A stretch of 64,000 bases of DNA from an uncultured bacterium. Lineage in GTDB: Bacteria > Oederibacteriota > Oederibacteriia > Oederibacteriales > Oederibacteriaceae. The stretch spans positions 800,001 through 864,000 of the forward strand of contig OZ218778.1 in the NCBI GenBank assembly GCA_965112635.1. The letters run 5' to 3'. A program made the position numbers and the translations under genes. The notes beneath the pieces were generated by a model. The model saw only the letters and a program-made list of their open reading frames with translations, was not told the DNA's origin and searched no databases. Every line of letters begins with the position of its first letter. Positions within the stretch are counted from its first letter, which is position 1. Positions 27,231 to 37,550 of this stretch are shown one piece after another.

Positions 27231-28553
27231 TTGGCGGAGATCATTCCTTTTAGAGGATGGCGGTATAACAACGCGACAGTCAGGAACATCAACCTGGCCG
27301 TGGTGCCTCCCTATGACGTCATATCGGCCCAGGACCAGAAAAAATTCCTCAAACAGCATCCCTACAACCTGGTCCGGCTCATCCTGAGTGAAACAAAGGC
27401 CAAGCCGAACGACAAAGTTTCACCCTACGAGGACATGGCCAAAACCTTGGGACAGTGGCAGGAACTGGGGATCTTGTGCCAGGACGCCCTGCCGGCCTTC
27501 TATATATATAGCCAGACCTATACACTCGAGGGAAAAACCAAGACCAGGGTGGGCCTGCTGACCCTACTCAAGCTGGAACCCCTGGGCGAAAAGCACATTT
27601 TTCCCCATGAAATAACCTTTTCCAAGCCTAAAGAGGACCGCCTGAACTTTTTGCGCCACTTCAAATCCAACCTGGAGCCTATCTTCGGGCTGTACCAGGA
27701 CCCCCGGGGAACGCTGGACAGGCTTTTACGGAAATACACGCGCCTGAAACCGGTGATGCGCGTGGAACATCCCAAGGGACTGACCCACAAGCTGTGGCCG
27801 GTTTCAGAGCTTGGCGACCAGAAAAAAATAAAGGATTTCATCGGGCCCAGGCACCTGCTCATCGCGGACGGCCATCACCGCTACGGAGCGGGGCTGATGT
27901 ATTCGCAGGAGCTTGCCCACCAATGCCGGGGCACTGCTCTCGCCTCAGCCTCCCAATACATCCTGGCCTTCATCACCAACGGCCTGGATAAAAAAGGCCT
28001 GACCATCCTGCCCTATAACCGGGTCATCAAACATTTGAGCCCCAGCAAGCTTAGAACCGTGAAAAAAGTTTTAGCCGGGTATTTTGATCTCAAAGAGGTC
28101 CAATGGAGCGGACTGCCGGAAAAAGGCGCGCTAAGCCTCATCCAGCAGTTGGGCCAGGTCAAAAAAGGGGTGCCGGGTTTCGCCTTTTACCAGGGAGGCC
28201 CAACCTGGTCTTTGCTGACCCTCAAGAAAAAGTTCCTCAACAAAAAAATCGTGGACCCCAAGCAGTCCCTGGCCTGGAACCATTTGACCACGGCCTTGGC
28301 GGATAAGATCGTGATCGAAAAGACTTTGCATATCCCCTCGGACCAGAAACAGCTCTACATCAAGTTCACGCCCCACACCGCAGAGGCCATCCGGATGGTG
28401 CGCGCCAAAGAGGCCAGCGCCTGCCTGCTTTTTTATCCGGCGGACGTGCCTATGATCGCGGACCTGGCCAAGCGTGGGGAAAAAATGCCGCAGAAGTCCA
28501 CCTACTTTTATCCCAAGGTCTATAACGGCCTGGTGCTCAGGACCATGGAGTGA
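27231..28553 (+). CDS. DUF1015-family protein
   Basis: PPYDVIS, PHE.T, IADGHHRY, MPQKSTYFYPK. Confidence 0.85.
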   Translation: MAEIIPFRGWRYNNATVRNINLAVVPPYDVISAQDQKKFLKQHPYNLVRLILSETKAKPNDKVSPYEDMAKTLGQWQELGILCQDALPAFYIYSQTYTLEGKTKTRVGLLTLLKLEPLGEKHIFPHEITFSKPKEDRLNFLRHFKSNLEPIFGLYQDPRGTLDRLLRKYTRLKPVMRVEHPKGLTHKLWPVSELGDQKKIKDFIGPRHLLIADGHHRYGAGLMYSQELAHQCRGTALASASQYILAFITNGLDKKGLTILPYNRVIKHLSPSKLRTVKKVLAGYFDLKEVQWSGLPEKGALSLIQQLGQVKKGVPGFAFYQGGPTWSLLTLKKKFLNKKIVDPKQSLAWNHLTTALADKIVIEKTLHIPSDQKQLYIKFTPHTAEAIRMVRAKEASACLLFYPADVPMIADLAKRGEKMPQKSTYFYPKVYNGLVLRTME

Positions 28554-28560
28554 GCAGGGA

Positions 28561-31113
28561 GTGAGCGAAGAAACCACGACCGCGCCAGGAGCCGCAGAGC
28601 CCGCTCCCCAGCCCGCCCCGGAAAAGTGGCGCTATCTCAAAGACAGACCGCTCATTTCCCTGGTTATTATTTTTTTGGCGGGACTACTGGCCGGATTTTA
28701 CCTTGCTCCCGCTTTTTGGCCTTGGCTGGCCGGCCTGGGCCTTTTGGTCCTGGCCTTGTGGTATCCTCTCAAAAAATCCAACAAACTCTTTTGGTGGTGC
28801 TGCGTTATTTCCTTTGCCGTGGGTTTACTGCGAGCCCAGCACCAGCAGATGGTCAGCCCCGATGACCTGAGGAACTTCATCACTTTGGAACGGCAGGAGT
28901 GCGTGGTGACGGGCCGGGTCATGGACGCTCCGGAATACAATAAAGCCGAGAAAAAAATATCCTTTGTTTTTTTGGTGGAGCAAAAAGGGGAGGGGAGTGC
29001 TGTCCAGGCCTGCCGGGGCAGGGTGAGGGCCAATGTTTACCAGGCGGACCGGCCGCCCGACCTTTTTTACGGCGACAGGCTAAAACTCTCCGGCAAATTT
29101 TTTGCGCCGTATCCACCGACCAACCCGGGTGAGTTCGACTACAAAAAATATCTGGCCCTCCACCATGTTTACGGGTTCATTTCCGTGCCTTTCCCCGACA
29201 GGCTTGTTTTCCTGGGCAAGGGCAGCGCTTTTTCGCTGGTGCGCGCGGCCCAGGTCATCGGCAAAAAACTGGCCGGCCTGCTGGACCAAAGTTTTGAGCC
29301 GGCCAACGCGGCTTTGCTCAAAGGCATCCTTTTCTCGGACCGGACCGACCTGTCTTCCAAGGTCCGCAGGGATTTTTCCATCACCGGGCTGGCCTATGTG
29401 CTTTCCGTGGCTGGCCTGCACGTCAACCTGGTCGGGGCCTGTTTTTTCATGCTTTTCCGGCTATTCGGGGTATCCAGGCGCAGGGCCGTGCTGGGGCTTT
29501 TTGGCGTGGTTTTCCTTTACGCCCTCATCACGGGATGGCAGGCGCCGGTGTGGCGGGCAGGGTGCATGTTCCTGCTGTGGGGCCTGGCCATCCTGCTGGA
29601 CAGGGAAACGGATTTTTTCGTGAGCCTGAGTTTCGCGGCCCTGATAATCCTGTTGTTCGACCCCTCGGCGATCTTCCTATTGTCCTTCCAGCTCTCCTTC
29701 CTCGCCACCCTGGCCATTTTCAGCCTGGGACTTAAAGCCCGGCAGTGGGCGAGGAATTTTCGGCGGAGCCCGGAAATATTTTCCACCATGGAACAGGCTG
29801 AGGTCAATTTTACCCCGAGTTTTTGGGACAAAGCCCTGCTGTATCCGGGTGTAAAAAAGATGAAATGGTGGCTGGTGGATTCTTTGCTCATCTCCCTGTC
29901 CATCCAGGTCGTCCTGCTGCCTTTGCTGGCCCATGAGTTCTACTATGTGCCCTGCATCGTGGTGCTGGCCAACCTGCTGGTGATACCGTGGATGGGACTG
30001 CTGATCGGGCTGGGACTGCTGGTGTGCGGGGCGGGGCTCGTGTCCGCCGGCTTGAGCCAAGGACTGGGCTGGCTGGCCGGGACGCTCGTAAAAAGTTTCC
30101 AGGGGTTCGTGTCGGTCTGCGCCTCTTTGCCGTTTTCGCATTTTGCCGTGGCCAGGTTCCCTCTAGGGTTTGTATTCGCTTTTTATTTGACCTTAGGGTT
30201 TTCGGTCTGGAACCCCTTATCCTGGCAGAAAAAATATTTGGCCGGTCTGCTGGTCCTGTGGGCGGCTGTTTTCGCGGGATGGCAGGTTGGGTTCCAGATG
30301 ACCAGGCCCAAACTCCAGGTGTTTTTCCTGGACGTGGGACAGGGCGACTGCGAGGTGGCTGTGGTATCGGGCAAACCCATCGTGATAGACGCGGGGCTGG
30401 GCGGGAGTTTTGACAACGGCGAGCGGGTGGTCACTCCTTTTCTGTATTCCCAGGGTCTGCGAAAAATCGCCGCTGTTGTGATGACCCACGCCCACGAGGA
30501 CCATGTGGGCGGACTGCCGGCCGTGCTGGAAAATTTTCCGGTGGGAACGGTATTGGACAACGGCGCGTCCCAGGCCACCAGCCGGGATTATGTATTATTT
30601 TTGAAAAAGATAAGAGATAAAAAAATCCCCTATTACCATGTCCAACAGGGCGAGGAGTGGGCAGGTCGCCTGGGTCTGACCGGAGCAAGTTTTAAAATCC
30701 TGAACCCGGACGCCAAGGCTAAGGGAGGACTGCGGAGCCAGGAGCTGGACGACCAGAGCGTGGTCGCGAGATTGCGGGCCCAGGGGCTGACCATACTTTT
30801 TACCGGGGATATCAAGAAAAGCGGCCAACGCCGAATGCTCCGGGAGGTCCCGGACGCGAGGGAATGGCGGGCTGACCTTTTAAAAGTAGCGCACCACGGC
30901 GCAGACTCGGCGGCGTATGAGCCTTTGATGAGAGCGGTCCAGCCCAAAGAGGCCGTGATAGAAGCGGGCCGGAACAACCGGTTCGGATTTCCACGGGACA
31001 GTTGCCTGCGGGAATTAAAGGAGGCCGGAGCACGGGTGTGGAGGACGGATTTAGACGGGGTGGTTTGCTTTGAAAGTAGCGAAAAAGGGTATAAAATAAG
31101 CTCCATCAGGTAA
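28561..31113 (+). CDS. comEC: DNA internalization competence protein ComEC/Rec2
   Basis: OB-like NPGEFDY region, VAGLHV competence domain, FLDVGQGD, THAHEDH and KVAHHG metallo-beta-lactamase motifs; likely GTG start at 28561. Confidence 0.93.
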   Translation: MSEETTTAPGAAEPAPQPAPEKWRYLKDRPLISLVIIFLAGLLAGFYLAPAFWPWLAGLGLLVLALWYPLKKSNKLFWWCCVISFAVGLLRAQHQQMVSPDDLRNFITLERQECVVTGRVMDAPEYNKAEKKISFVFLVEQKGEGSAVQACRGRVRANVYQADRPPDLFYGDRLKLSGKFFAPYPPTNPGEFDYKKYLALHHVYGFISVPFPDRLVFLGKGSAFSLVRAAQVIGKKLAGLLDQSFEPANAALLKGILFSDRTDLSSKVRRDFSITGLAYVLSVAGLHVNLVGACFFMLFRLFGVSRRRAVLGLFGVVFLYALITGWQAPVWRAGCMFLLWGLAILLDRETDFFVSLSFAALIILLFDPSAIFLLSFQLSFLATLAIFSLGLKARQWARNFRRSPEIFSTMEQAEVNFTPSFWDKALLYPGVKKMKWWLVDSLLISLSIQVVLLPLLAHEFYYVPCIVVLANLLVIPWMGLLIGLGLLVCGAGLVSAGLSQGLGWLAGTLVKSFQGFVSVCASLPFSHFAVARFPLGFVFAFYLTLGFSVWNPLSWQKKYLAGLLVLWAAVFAGWQVGFQMTRPKLQVFFLDVGQGDCEVAVVSGKPIVIDAGLGGSFDNGERVVTPFLYSQGLRKIAAVVMTHAHEDHVGGLPAVLENFPVGTVLDNGASQATSRDYVLFLKKIRDKKIPYYHVQQGEEWAGRLGLTGASFKILNPDAKAKGGLRSQELDDQSVVARLRAQGLTILFTGDIKKSGQRRMLREVPDAREWRADLLKVAHHGADSAAYEPLMRAVQPKEAVIEAGRNNRFGFPRDSCLRELKEAGARVWRTDLDGVVCFESSEKGYKISSIR

Positions 31114-31136
31114 TTGATTTTTCCAAAAGAGGGTAA

Positions 31137-32213
31137 ATGAGAAGAATATTACAGGCCGTATGGATATCCCTATTTTTATCAGCCTTCCTTTTCCAGGCTC
31201 CTGTTCAGGTCATGGCCCAGGAAGTGGATACCCAGGCCCTGAAGGATAAGATGGACAGCGAGTACAAGGAGCTTGTGATCAAAGCCAGAAAAATGGCTTT
31301 GGATTGGGCTATGCGTTTGGACACCATTAACGATCTGTTGGATTCTTCACGGGATGCTTTGGAAGAACTTAATAAACAGGGCAAAGCGCCTTTGGTGGAA
31401 TTGACAGACCTTTGGGCGGTCGTCAGTCAGGAAGGGACCTATGTGACCGCCGGCAATATCCTCAACTACTGGGGCATGAACTATGGTGACGGCACCCTGA
31501 GAGCCATGGAGGAAACAAGGGATGACACCTTTATCGGTCCTTGGAGATTGGATACCAAGGATATCCTCAAATACGGGCCTGATTGCGGAGCTACCGGGAC
31601 CCTCGACCAGATCATCCAGTCTTTTGCGGACAATTCAAAGCTCGAGGTCATGATCGTCGCGTCCAAACTCCAGGACCTATACGCCCAATTCGGCAAACGC
31701 AGTCCCTATGCCCTTCAATCCTATTTTAATCTGGAAGCTTATTTGAAAGGCGAGATCGGGCAGGGAAAATGGGACGACTACATTCTCGTCAAGTATCCCC
31801 CCGTGACCCCGGAAAAATTGAAAGCAACGGGTTTTTACGGCAAGCAGTTATTGATGGGCAGCAATACCGATCCTAGTTACCATTATATAGCCAAATTAGA
31901 ATGTCCTTATGGGATGATGTATTGGATATGGGTGAGCAGAGATTATGACGGCATCAAGCAAACCCTTTTGACCTGGAAGAACCAAGTTAAATGGGTTTGG
32001 GACCATGACAAGAACGCTCCGGTGGCGACCGCAGAACCCGGCAATTTTGGAATAACACAGGAGGATAATAAAGCCCCCATGACCGGGTATTATAAGGGGA
32101 ATGACGAAGATTTTTATGTGGATATGAAAAAATATATCGACGAAGTCAGCGGCGCCCAGGCACAAACCCCGGCGGCCACACCGGAACCGACCCCGGCGAC
32201 CCTCAAGGAGTAA
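31137..32213 (+). CDS. Exported protein of unknown family, possible lysozyme-like fold
   Basis: Signal peptide; whole mature part is homologous to the central domain of the next gene. Confidence 0.7.
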   Translation: MRRILQAVWISLFLSAFLFQAPVQVMAQEVDTQALKDKMDSEYKELVIKARKMALDWAMRLDTINDLLDSSRDALEELNKQGKAPLVELTDLWAVVSQEGTYVTAGNILNYWGMNYGDGTLRAMEETRDDTFIGPWRLDTKDILKYGPDCGATGTLDQIIQSFADNSKLEVMIVASKLQDLYAQFGKRSPYALQSYFNLEAYLKGEIGQGKWDDYILVKYPPVTPEKLKATGFYGKQLLMGSNTDPSYHYIAKLECPYGMMYWIWVSRDYDGIKQTLLTWKNQVKWVWDHDKNAPVATAEPGNFGITQEDNKAPMTGYYKGNDEDFYVDMKKYIDEVSGAQAQTPAATPEPTPATLKE

Positions 32214-32219
32214 AAGAGA

Positions 32220-34853
32220 ATGCGTGTTTATGTTCAAAAGATCTTATTCTGCTTATTAGTTATTTTTTGTTCCGGGGGCATTTTGCCTGCTATTCATGCC
32301 GACACGCTCGGTGAGAAGATCATGTCCATGGATATTATGGTGGCCAGGAAAGCCCTTGAGACCCTAAAAGACGTGGACCAACCTACCTTTGAAGAGGCTT
32401 TCCGCTATGCGATTAAGAAACTGGATGATCCATACAGGCTTTGCGATGCCGTAGATATGATGGGAAGAATGTATTCCTACAGCGGGAAAAAAAGCCCGGA
32501 CCTCCAGAAGGTTATGCCAACACTCATAGGTTTGTTAAAGGATCCCAAAATGCGAGGTAATCGTACCAAGTTGATGGTCATAACTTCCTTGGGGAAGTTT
32601 GGTTCCGATGCAATGGATGCTGTTCCAACGCTGATTGATACCATGAAATTTGAGTACTCCAGGGACATTGCAAGTTCTTTAGCCATCATTTGCATTGGCA
32701 CGGATAAGGCAGTGCCGGCAGTGCCAGTACTACGAGAGGGATTAAAGGATCAAAACCCAAACTGGAGAGCGACATTTGCCAATGATTTAGGACTTATCGG
32801 TCCAGGAGCTAAAGACGCCCTACCTGATTTGCAAGAGGCGTTAAAAGATTCGAACGATAATGTTCGTGCGGCTGCGGCTGATGCCATAAAAGCAATTAAT
32901 CAATCCGCGAGTTCAGTCTATAAAGTTACTACTGCCACATCCACCCCAACGGTAACTCAGACCACGGCGCCCACCACAGCTCCGGCCACTGGGGCGGTGA
33001 GCCAGGGTCAGCCCGAGGAGGCCGCCACCGCTTTGCCTCCGGATGACAGCAGCCCCCAGGCCATGCAGGACAAGCTGGACGGCCAGGCCACGGCTTTTGG
33101 CGACAGCGTCAGGTTGCTGGCCAATGACTGGCATAACCAGAACTCCATTTTGTCCGAGATGGGGGAGGCCATCCATGACGCCTTGGCGGACCTCTACAAG
33201 GATAACAAAGCGACCCTGGTGGAGACCGCCGACTTGATGGGTCTCGCGGTCCAGCAGGGCTACCAGGAGATAGCCAAGAATCCCCAGCAGATGTGGGACC
33301 GGCACGGCAATACCACCTATGTGCTGACCCTGCGGGCCCTGAGCGTCGGCCAGCAGTTCATCGGGCCATGGAACCTGACCACGATGCAGTGTTACCATTT
33401 TGGGGCCCCTTACGGGGTTAAGACGGACATGACCGACGACCAGCTGGCTGATTTTCTCAAGCAAAACCCCAAGGTCCAGGCCATCATCGCCAGCCTCAGG
33501 CTGCAGGACCTCTATTCCAAATACGGCAAACGCGGCCCTTACAGTCTGCAGGCATATTTTGACCTAGGTGATTTTATCGAGGGCAAGGTCGGCCAGGGCA
33601 AATGGGATGACCCGGTGACACCGTCCAGGAATTCCGTAGCCGACCCCAAAGCCCTGGCGGCCACGGGATTTTTTGCCAAGCAGGTTTTGCTGGGCAGTAA
33701 GGCCGGGGTGGAGGGCGGTACGGGCGCCCTGGAATCGCCCTACGGCATCCTGTACTGGCTATGGGCCGTGCACGACAACGACGGCATCAAAAGGTCACTC
33801 CTGACCTGGAGAGACCAGGCCAAGGCCAAATGGGACAGCGCCACCGCCAGCGCGGCCATGACCGGCGAGCCGGGGAATTTTGAGATAAAGAAAGAAGACA
33901 ATAAAAACCCCCAAAGCGGAGATTATAAAGGCACCAACGCCCAATATTTCAGCGACCTTAATAAGCTCCTCGACGAGGTTGCGGCCATGCCGGGCAGGAA
34001 GTTCGCGGCAGCGGCGGCACCGGCAGAAGCCGCGCCAGTGCCAACGATCGTCCCCACTACTGCTCCCACGGTTCCAACCGTTGTGCAGACAAAAGCAAAG
34101 ACCATAGCTCCGACAGCCACCCCGACCAAAGTTATCGTTATGGCGACCAAGACGCCGGTGGCCAAGGCGGCCGGGATGGGGGTCGCGCCTACGCCCGTGA
34201 CCGGACCGGTGAGCGTGACCGTCATTGCCATTGATTGGGCCGGGCTGAAGAGCACCAACGTGGATGTGCGCCTCAAGGCGCTGCACGAGCTGCACCATGT
34301 GGGCGACCAGGCGGACAAGGTCATCCCCATGCTCATTGACGCGATGAAAACAGGGGACGGAGATGTCCGGGCCGAGGCTGCCGGGGTGTTCGGCGACTTG
34401 GACAAGCAGGACGCGGCCGCGGTCCCCCTACTGGTCAAGGCGCTCAAGAGCGACGACCCGGGTCTTAAGCGCGTGGCCATCTACAGCTTGATCAAGATAG
34501 GGCCGCCTGAGGCCAACGAGGCGGTCCCGGCCCTGCAGGACCTCCTCCAGGACGAAGACAAGCTCATTCAAGATTTGGCGAAGTTTGCCCTAAAGAAAAT
34601 TGCTGAACAACCCGAAGTGTCCGCGGTTCATACGCCTCAGCCGGCCAAGCCGGTGAATGTTGGCCCGGTCCCGACCAGCACCAGCACGCCTGGTGCGGCA
34701 GCGGCAGTAACAAAACCCGCCTATACCAGCACGCCTGTGGCGGCCCTCATCCCGGTCATTGTCCCTACCGCCAAACCGACCCCAAGGACGGTACCGACAG
34801 AGGACACTTCTCAACAAGCCCCCTCTTCATCCACTTTTAAGGACGCCTGGTAA
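32220..34853 (+). CDS. Exported protein: HEAT repeats, Thr/Pro linker, paralogous central domain, linker, HEAT repeats
   Basis: Signal peptide, AVP.L..ALKD....VR.AAA.AL HEAT/PBS repeats at both ends, PT-rich linkers. Confidence 0.78.
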   Translation: MRVYVQKILFCLLVIFCSGGILPAIHADTLGEKIMSMDIMVARKALETLKDVDQPTFEEAFRYAIKKLDDPYRLCDAVDMMGRMYSYSGKKSPDLQKVMPTLIGLLKDPKMRGNRTKLMVITSLGKFGSDAMDAVPTLIDTMKFEYSRDIASSLAIICIGTDKAVPAVPVLREGLKDQNPNWRATFANDLGLIGPGAKDALPDLQEALKDSNDNVRAAAADAIKAINQSASSVYKVTTATSTPTVTQTTAPTTAPATGAVSQGQPEEAATALPPDDSSPQAMQDKLDGQATAFGDSVRLLANDWHNQNSILSEMGEAIHDALADLYKDNKATLVETADLMGLAVQQGYQEIAKNPQQMWDRHGNTTYVLTLRALSVGQQFIGPWNLTTMQCYHFGAPYGVKTDMTDDQLADFLKQNPKVQAIIASLRLQDLYSKYGKRGPYSLQAYFDLGDFIEGKVGQGKWDDPVTPSRNSVADPKALAATGFFAKQVLLGSKAGVEGGTGALESPYGILYWLWAVHDNDGIKRSLLTWRDQAKAKWDSATASAAMTGEPGNFEIKKEDNKNPQSGDYKGTNAQYFSDLNKLLDEVAAMPGRKFAAAAAPAEAAPVPTIVPTTAPTVPTVVQTKAKTIAPTATPTKVIVMATKTPVAKAAGMGVAPTPVTGPVSVTVIAIDWAGLKSTNVDVRLKALHELHHVGDQADKVIPMLIDAMKTGDGDVRAEAAGVFGDLDKQDAAAVPLLVKALKSDDPGLKRVAIYSLIKIGPPEANEAVPALQDLLQDEDKLIQDLAKFALKKIAEQPEVSAVHTPQPAKPVNVGPVPTSTSTPGAAAAVTKPAYTSTPVAALIPVIVPTAKPTPRTVPTEDTSQQAPSSSTFKDAW

Positions 34854-34902
34854 CGAAAAGGATGAGTTTGTCTAGCGTTCAACCCACAGAGAGGATCGTC
34901 CC

Positions 34903-35460
34903 ATGTCCCTGGAACAACTGATCAACCATTATGGTTACTGGGCCCTGCTAGGCGGGACTTTTATAGAGGGCGAGACCATCCTGCTCATCGCGGGATTCCT
35001 GGCCCACCAGGGGAATTTCCAGCTGGGGCTGGTCATGCTGGCGGCTTTTGCCGGCAGCCTGGCCGGAGACCAGGCTTCGTATATCCTGGGACTTTTGTGG
35101 GGCAAACCTTTGCTGGCCAGGTCCAAAAAACTCCGTAAATCCGCTGAAAAAGTCTGGCGCTTCCTGGAAAGATACAATACGCCCATCATGGTCGGGTTCA
35201 GGTTCGTCTACGGCATCAGGCTGGCCACGCCTATTGCCATTGCCCAGACCAGGGTCAGCCCCAGGCGGTTCTTTTTCCTCAATGCCCTGGGCGCGCTTTT
35301 GTGGTCCGTGGCGGTGTCCGGCGCGGGGTATTTATTCGGCAGCACCCTGCAGTTCTTTTTCAACGACCTGCCGAAATATGAGCTGGGAGCCATGGGTTTC
35401 ATCCTTTTGGTCATGTTCAGCCTCGGGCTGACGGCCCATTATATATGGAAGAAGATCTGA
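34903..35460 (+). CDS. dedA: DedA-family membrane protein
   Basis: FIEGE, AGD..SY..G, RFVYGIR motifs. Confidence 0.88.
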   Translation: MSLEQLINHYGYWALLGGTFIEGETILLIAGFLAHQGNFQLGLVMLAAFAGSLAGDQASYILGLLWGKPLLARSKKLRKSAEKVWRFLERYNTPIMVGFRFVYGIRLATPIAIAQTRVSPRRFFFLNALGALLWSVAVSGAGYLFGSTLQFFFNDLPKYELGAMGFILLVMFSLGLTAHYIWKKI

Positions 35461-35589
35461 CCGTTCCCTGATGTCCAAAATCCGCCAAATTACCGTTATA
35501 AATAGGTTAGAAAGCATATTGCCAAAAAGCTTATCCGTGCTAACTTACTCTTATCAAGGTAATCCAATCCAAAAGAGGGGGTAATAAAG

Positions 35590-36180
35590 ATGGCCTATAC
35601 AGCGAACAATTATGAACAGCTTCTAGGATTGACCGGTTTCAGCGACACGCTTCTCAAGAACCACTTCACGCTTTACCAGGGCTATGTCACCAACGCCAAC
35701 AAACTCTCCGACCTGCTGCTGCAGATGGTCAAAGACGGCAAGACCGCGGTCCCGGAGTACGCCGAGACCAAGCGCCGGTTCGGCTGGGAGTTCAACGGCA
35801 TGAGGCTGCACGAGCTTTATTTCGGCAACCTGTCCAAGGGCGCAGCGGCCCTGGACAAAAATTCCGGGTTGGCCAAAAAAATAGCCGAGGAGTTCGGCTC
35901 GTACGAGAACTGGGAAAAGGACGCCAAGGCGACCGCCACCATGCGCGGCATCGGCTGGGTCGTCCTGTACCTGGACCCCGTGTCCAAGAGGCTTTTCAAC
36001 TGCTGGATCAACGAGCACGACGGAGGCCATCTGTCTGGAGCGGTCCCCTTGCTGGTCCTGGATGTATTCGAGCACGCTTTTATGATCGACTACGGACTCA
36101 AGAGGGCCGATTATATCGAGGCGTTCTTCAAAGCGCTCAACTGGGCCACGGTGGCTGAGCGGTTCAACAAGGCGGCCTGA
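35590..36180 (+). CDS. Fe/Mn superoxide dismutase family protein
   Basis: KNHFTLYQGYV, LHELYF, GIGW, DVFEHAF metal-ligand motifs. Confidence 0.88.
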   Translation: MAYTANNYEQLLGLTGFSDTLLKNHFTLYQGYVTNANKLSDLLLQMVKDGKTAVPEYAETKRRFGWEFNGMRLHELYFGNLSKGAAALDKNSGLAKKIAEEFGSYENWEKDAKATATMRGIGWVVLYLDPVSKRLFNCWINEHDGGHLSGAVPLLVLDVFEHAFMIDYGLKRADYIEAFFKALNWATVAERFNKAA

Positions 36181-36212
36181 AAGACCATCCTTTCCTTTAA
36201 TACAGAGGCTCA

Positions 36213-37550
36213 ATGACACACCTGATGGAAGCCCGCGCCCAAATGGCGATGATGTTCGCTTTCCATATCCTTTTCGCCGTGGCCGGCATCACCATGCCTC
36301 TTTTAATGGCCATCGCTGAGGGCATGTGGCTCAAAACCAAAGATGCGGTCTACCTCAACCTGGCCAGACAATGGTCCAAAAGCACGGCTGTGTTGTTTGC
36401 CGTGGGCGCGGTGTCGGGCACGGTCCTTTCCTTTGAATTGGGGCTCCTGTGGCCCAGGTTCATGTCCTTTGCCGGGCCTATCATCGGCATGCCGTTCTCC
36501 CTCGAGGGGTTCGCGTTCTTCACCGAGGCTATTTTCCTGGGCATCTACATTTATGGGTGGGACAAACTCTCCGCCAAGATGCACTGGCTGGCGGGCCTTT
36601 TCATCTTTATAAGCGCCACGATGTCCGGCGTCCTGGTGGTCAGCGCCAACGCCTGGATGAATACGCCGACCGGGTTCGACCTTATGGCCGGGCAGGTCGT
36701 CCGGGTCAGGCCTTTCGAAGCCCTGGCCAATCCCTCCTGGTTTTCGGAAGCCTTGCACATGACCCTGGCCGCCTATACGGCCATGGCATTTTTTATGGCG
36801 GGCATCCACGGACTGGTCCTGTGGAAACGGCCCCAGAGCAGCCTCAACCGCAGGGCTTTCCTCATCACCCTCGGCGTCGGAACATTGGCGGTGCTGTTGG
36901 AAATAGTTTCCGGCGACATCAGCGCCAGACACGCGGCCGAAACCCAGCCCATGAAACTGGCGGCCATGGAAGGCCAGTGGGAGACTCAGAAGGGCGCGCC
37001 CCTGCGGATAGGCGGCTGGCCGGACCAGGACAAAGAACAAACCCCTTTTGCCCTGGAAATTCCCGGTGCTTTGAGCCTTTTGGCTTACCATGATGCCGGG
37101 GCTGAAGTGAAAGGGCTCAAAGCCTTTCCTCCGGAAAACAGGCCGCCGGTCCTGGTCGTCCATTTATCCTTTCAAATCATGGTCTTTTGCGGGTTGGCCA
37201 TGGCCTGCTGCGGGCTCTTGGGGGCCTTATTTTTATGGCTAAAAAAACAGGTGCCCACGCAAAGATGGTTCCTGGCCCTGGTCATAGGCTGCGCGCCGCT
37301 GGGCATGCTTGCCGTGGAAGCGGGCTGGGTGACCACCGAGGTGGGACGGCAGCCGTGGGTCATCAACAACCTGGTGCGTACGGCCGACGCGGTCACGCCG
37401 GTGCAGGGGCTGAGTTACCCCTTTGCCCTGTTCTTCCTGGTCTACGCGTTCCTGTTCGGGACGGTGTTCTATCTTCTCAAGCGGCAGGTCCTGAGGCTGG
37501 GGGAGATGGAAACCAAGCCGGCAAAAGCCAGGAGGCGCGGCCGTGGCTGA
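36213..37550 (+). CDS. cydA: Cytochrome bd ubiquinol oxidase subunit I (short Q-loop type)
   Basis: FHILFA, NAWMNTP, LHM, QPMKLAAMEG, FQIM, GWVTTEVGRQPW. Confidence 0.94.
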   Translation: MTHLMEARAQMAMMFAFHILFAVAGITMPLLMAIAEGMWLKTKDAVYLNLARQWSKSTAVLFAVGAVSGTVLSFELGLLWPRFMSFAGPIIGMPFSLEGFAFFTEAIFLGIYIYGWDKLSAKMHWLAGLFIFISATMSGVLVVSANAWMNTPTGFDLMAGQVVRVRPFEALANPSWFSEALHMTLAAYTAMAFFMAGIHGLVLWKRPQSSLNRRAFLITLGVGTLAVLLEIVSGDISARHAAETQPMKLAAMEGQWETQKGAPLRIGGWPDQDKEQTPFALEIPGALSLLAYHDAGAEVKGLKAFPPENRPPVLVVHLSFQIMVFCGLAMACCGLLGALFLWLKKQVPTQRWFLALVIGCAPLGMLAVEAGWVTTEVGRQPWVINNLVRTADAVTPVQGLSYPFALFFLVYAFLFGTVFYLLKRQVLRLGEMETKPAKARRRGRG

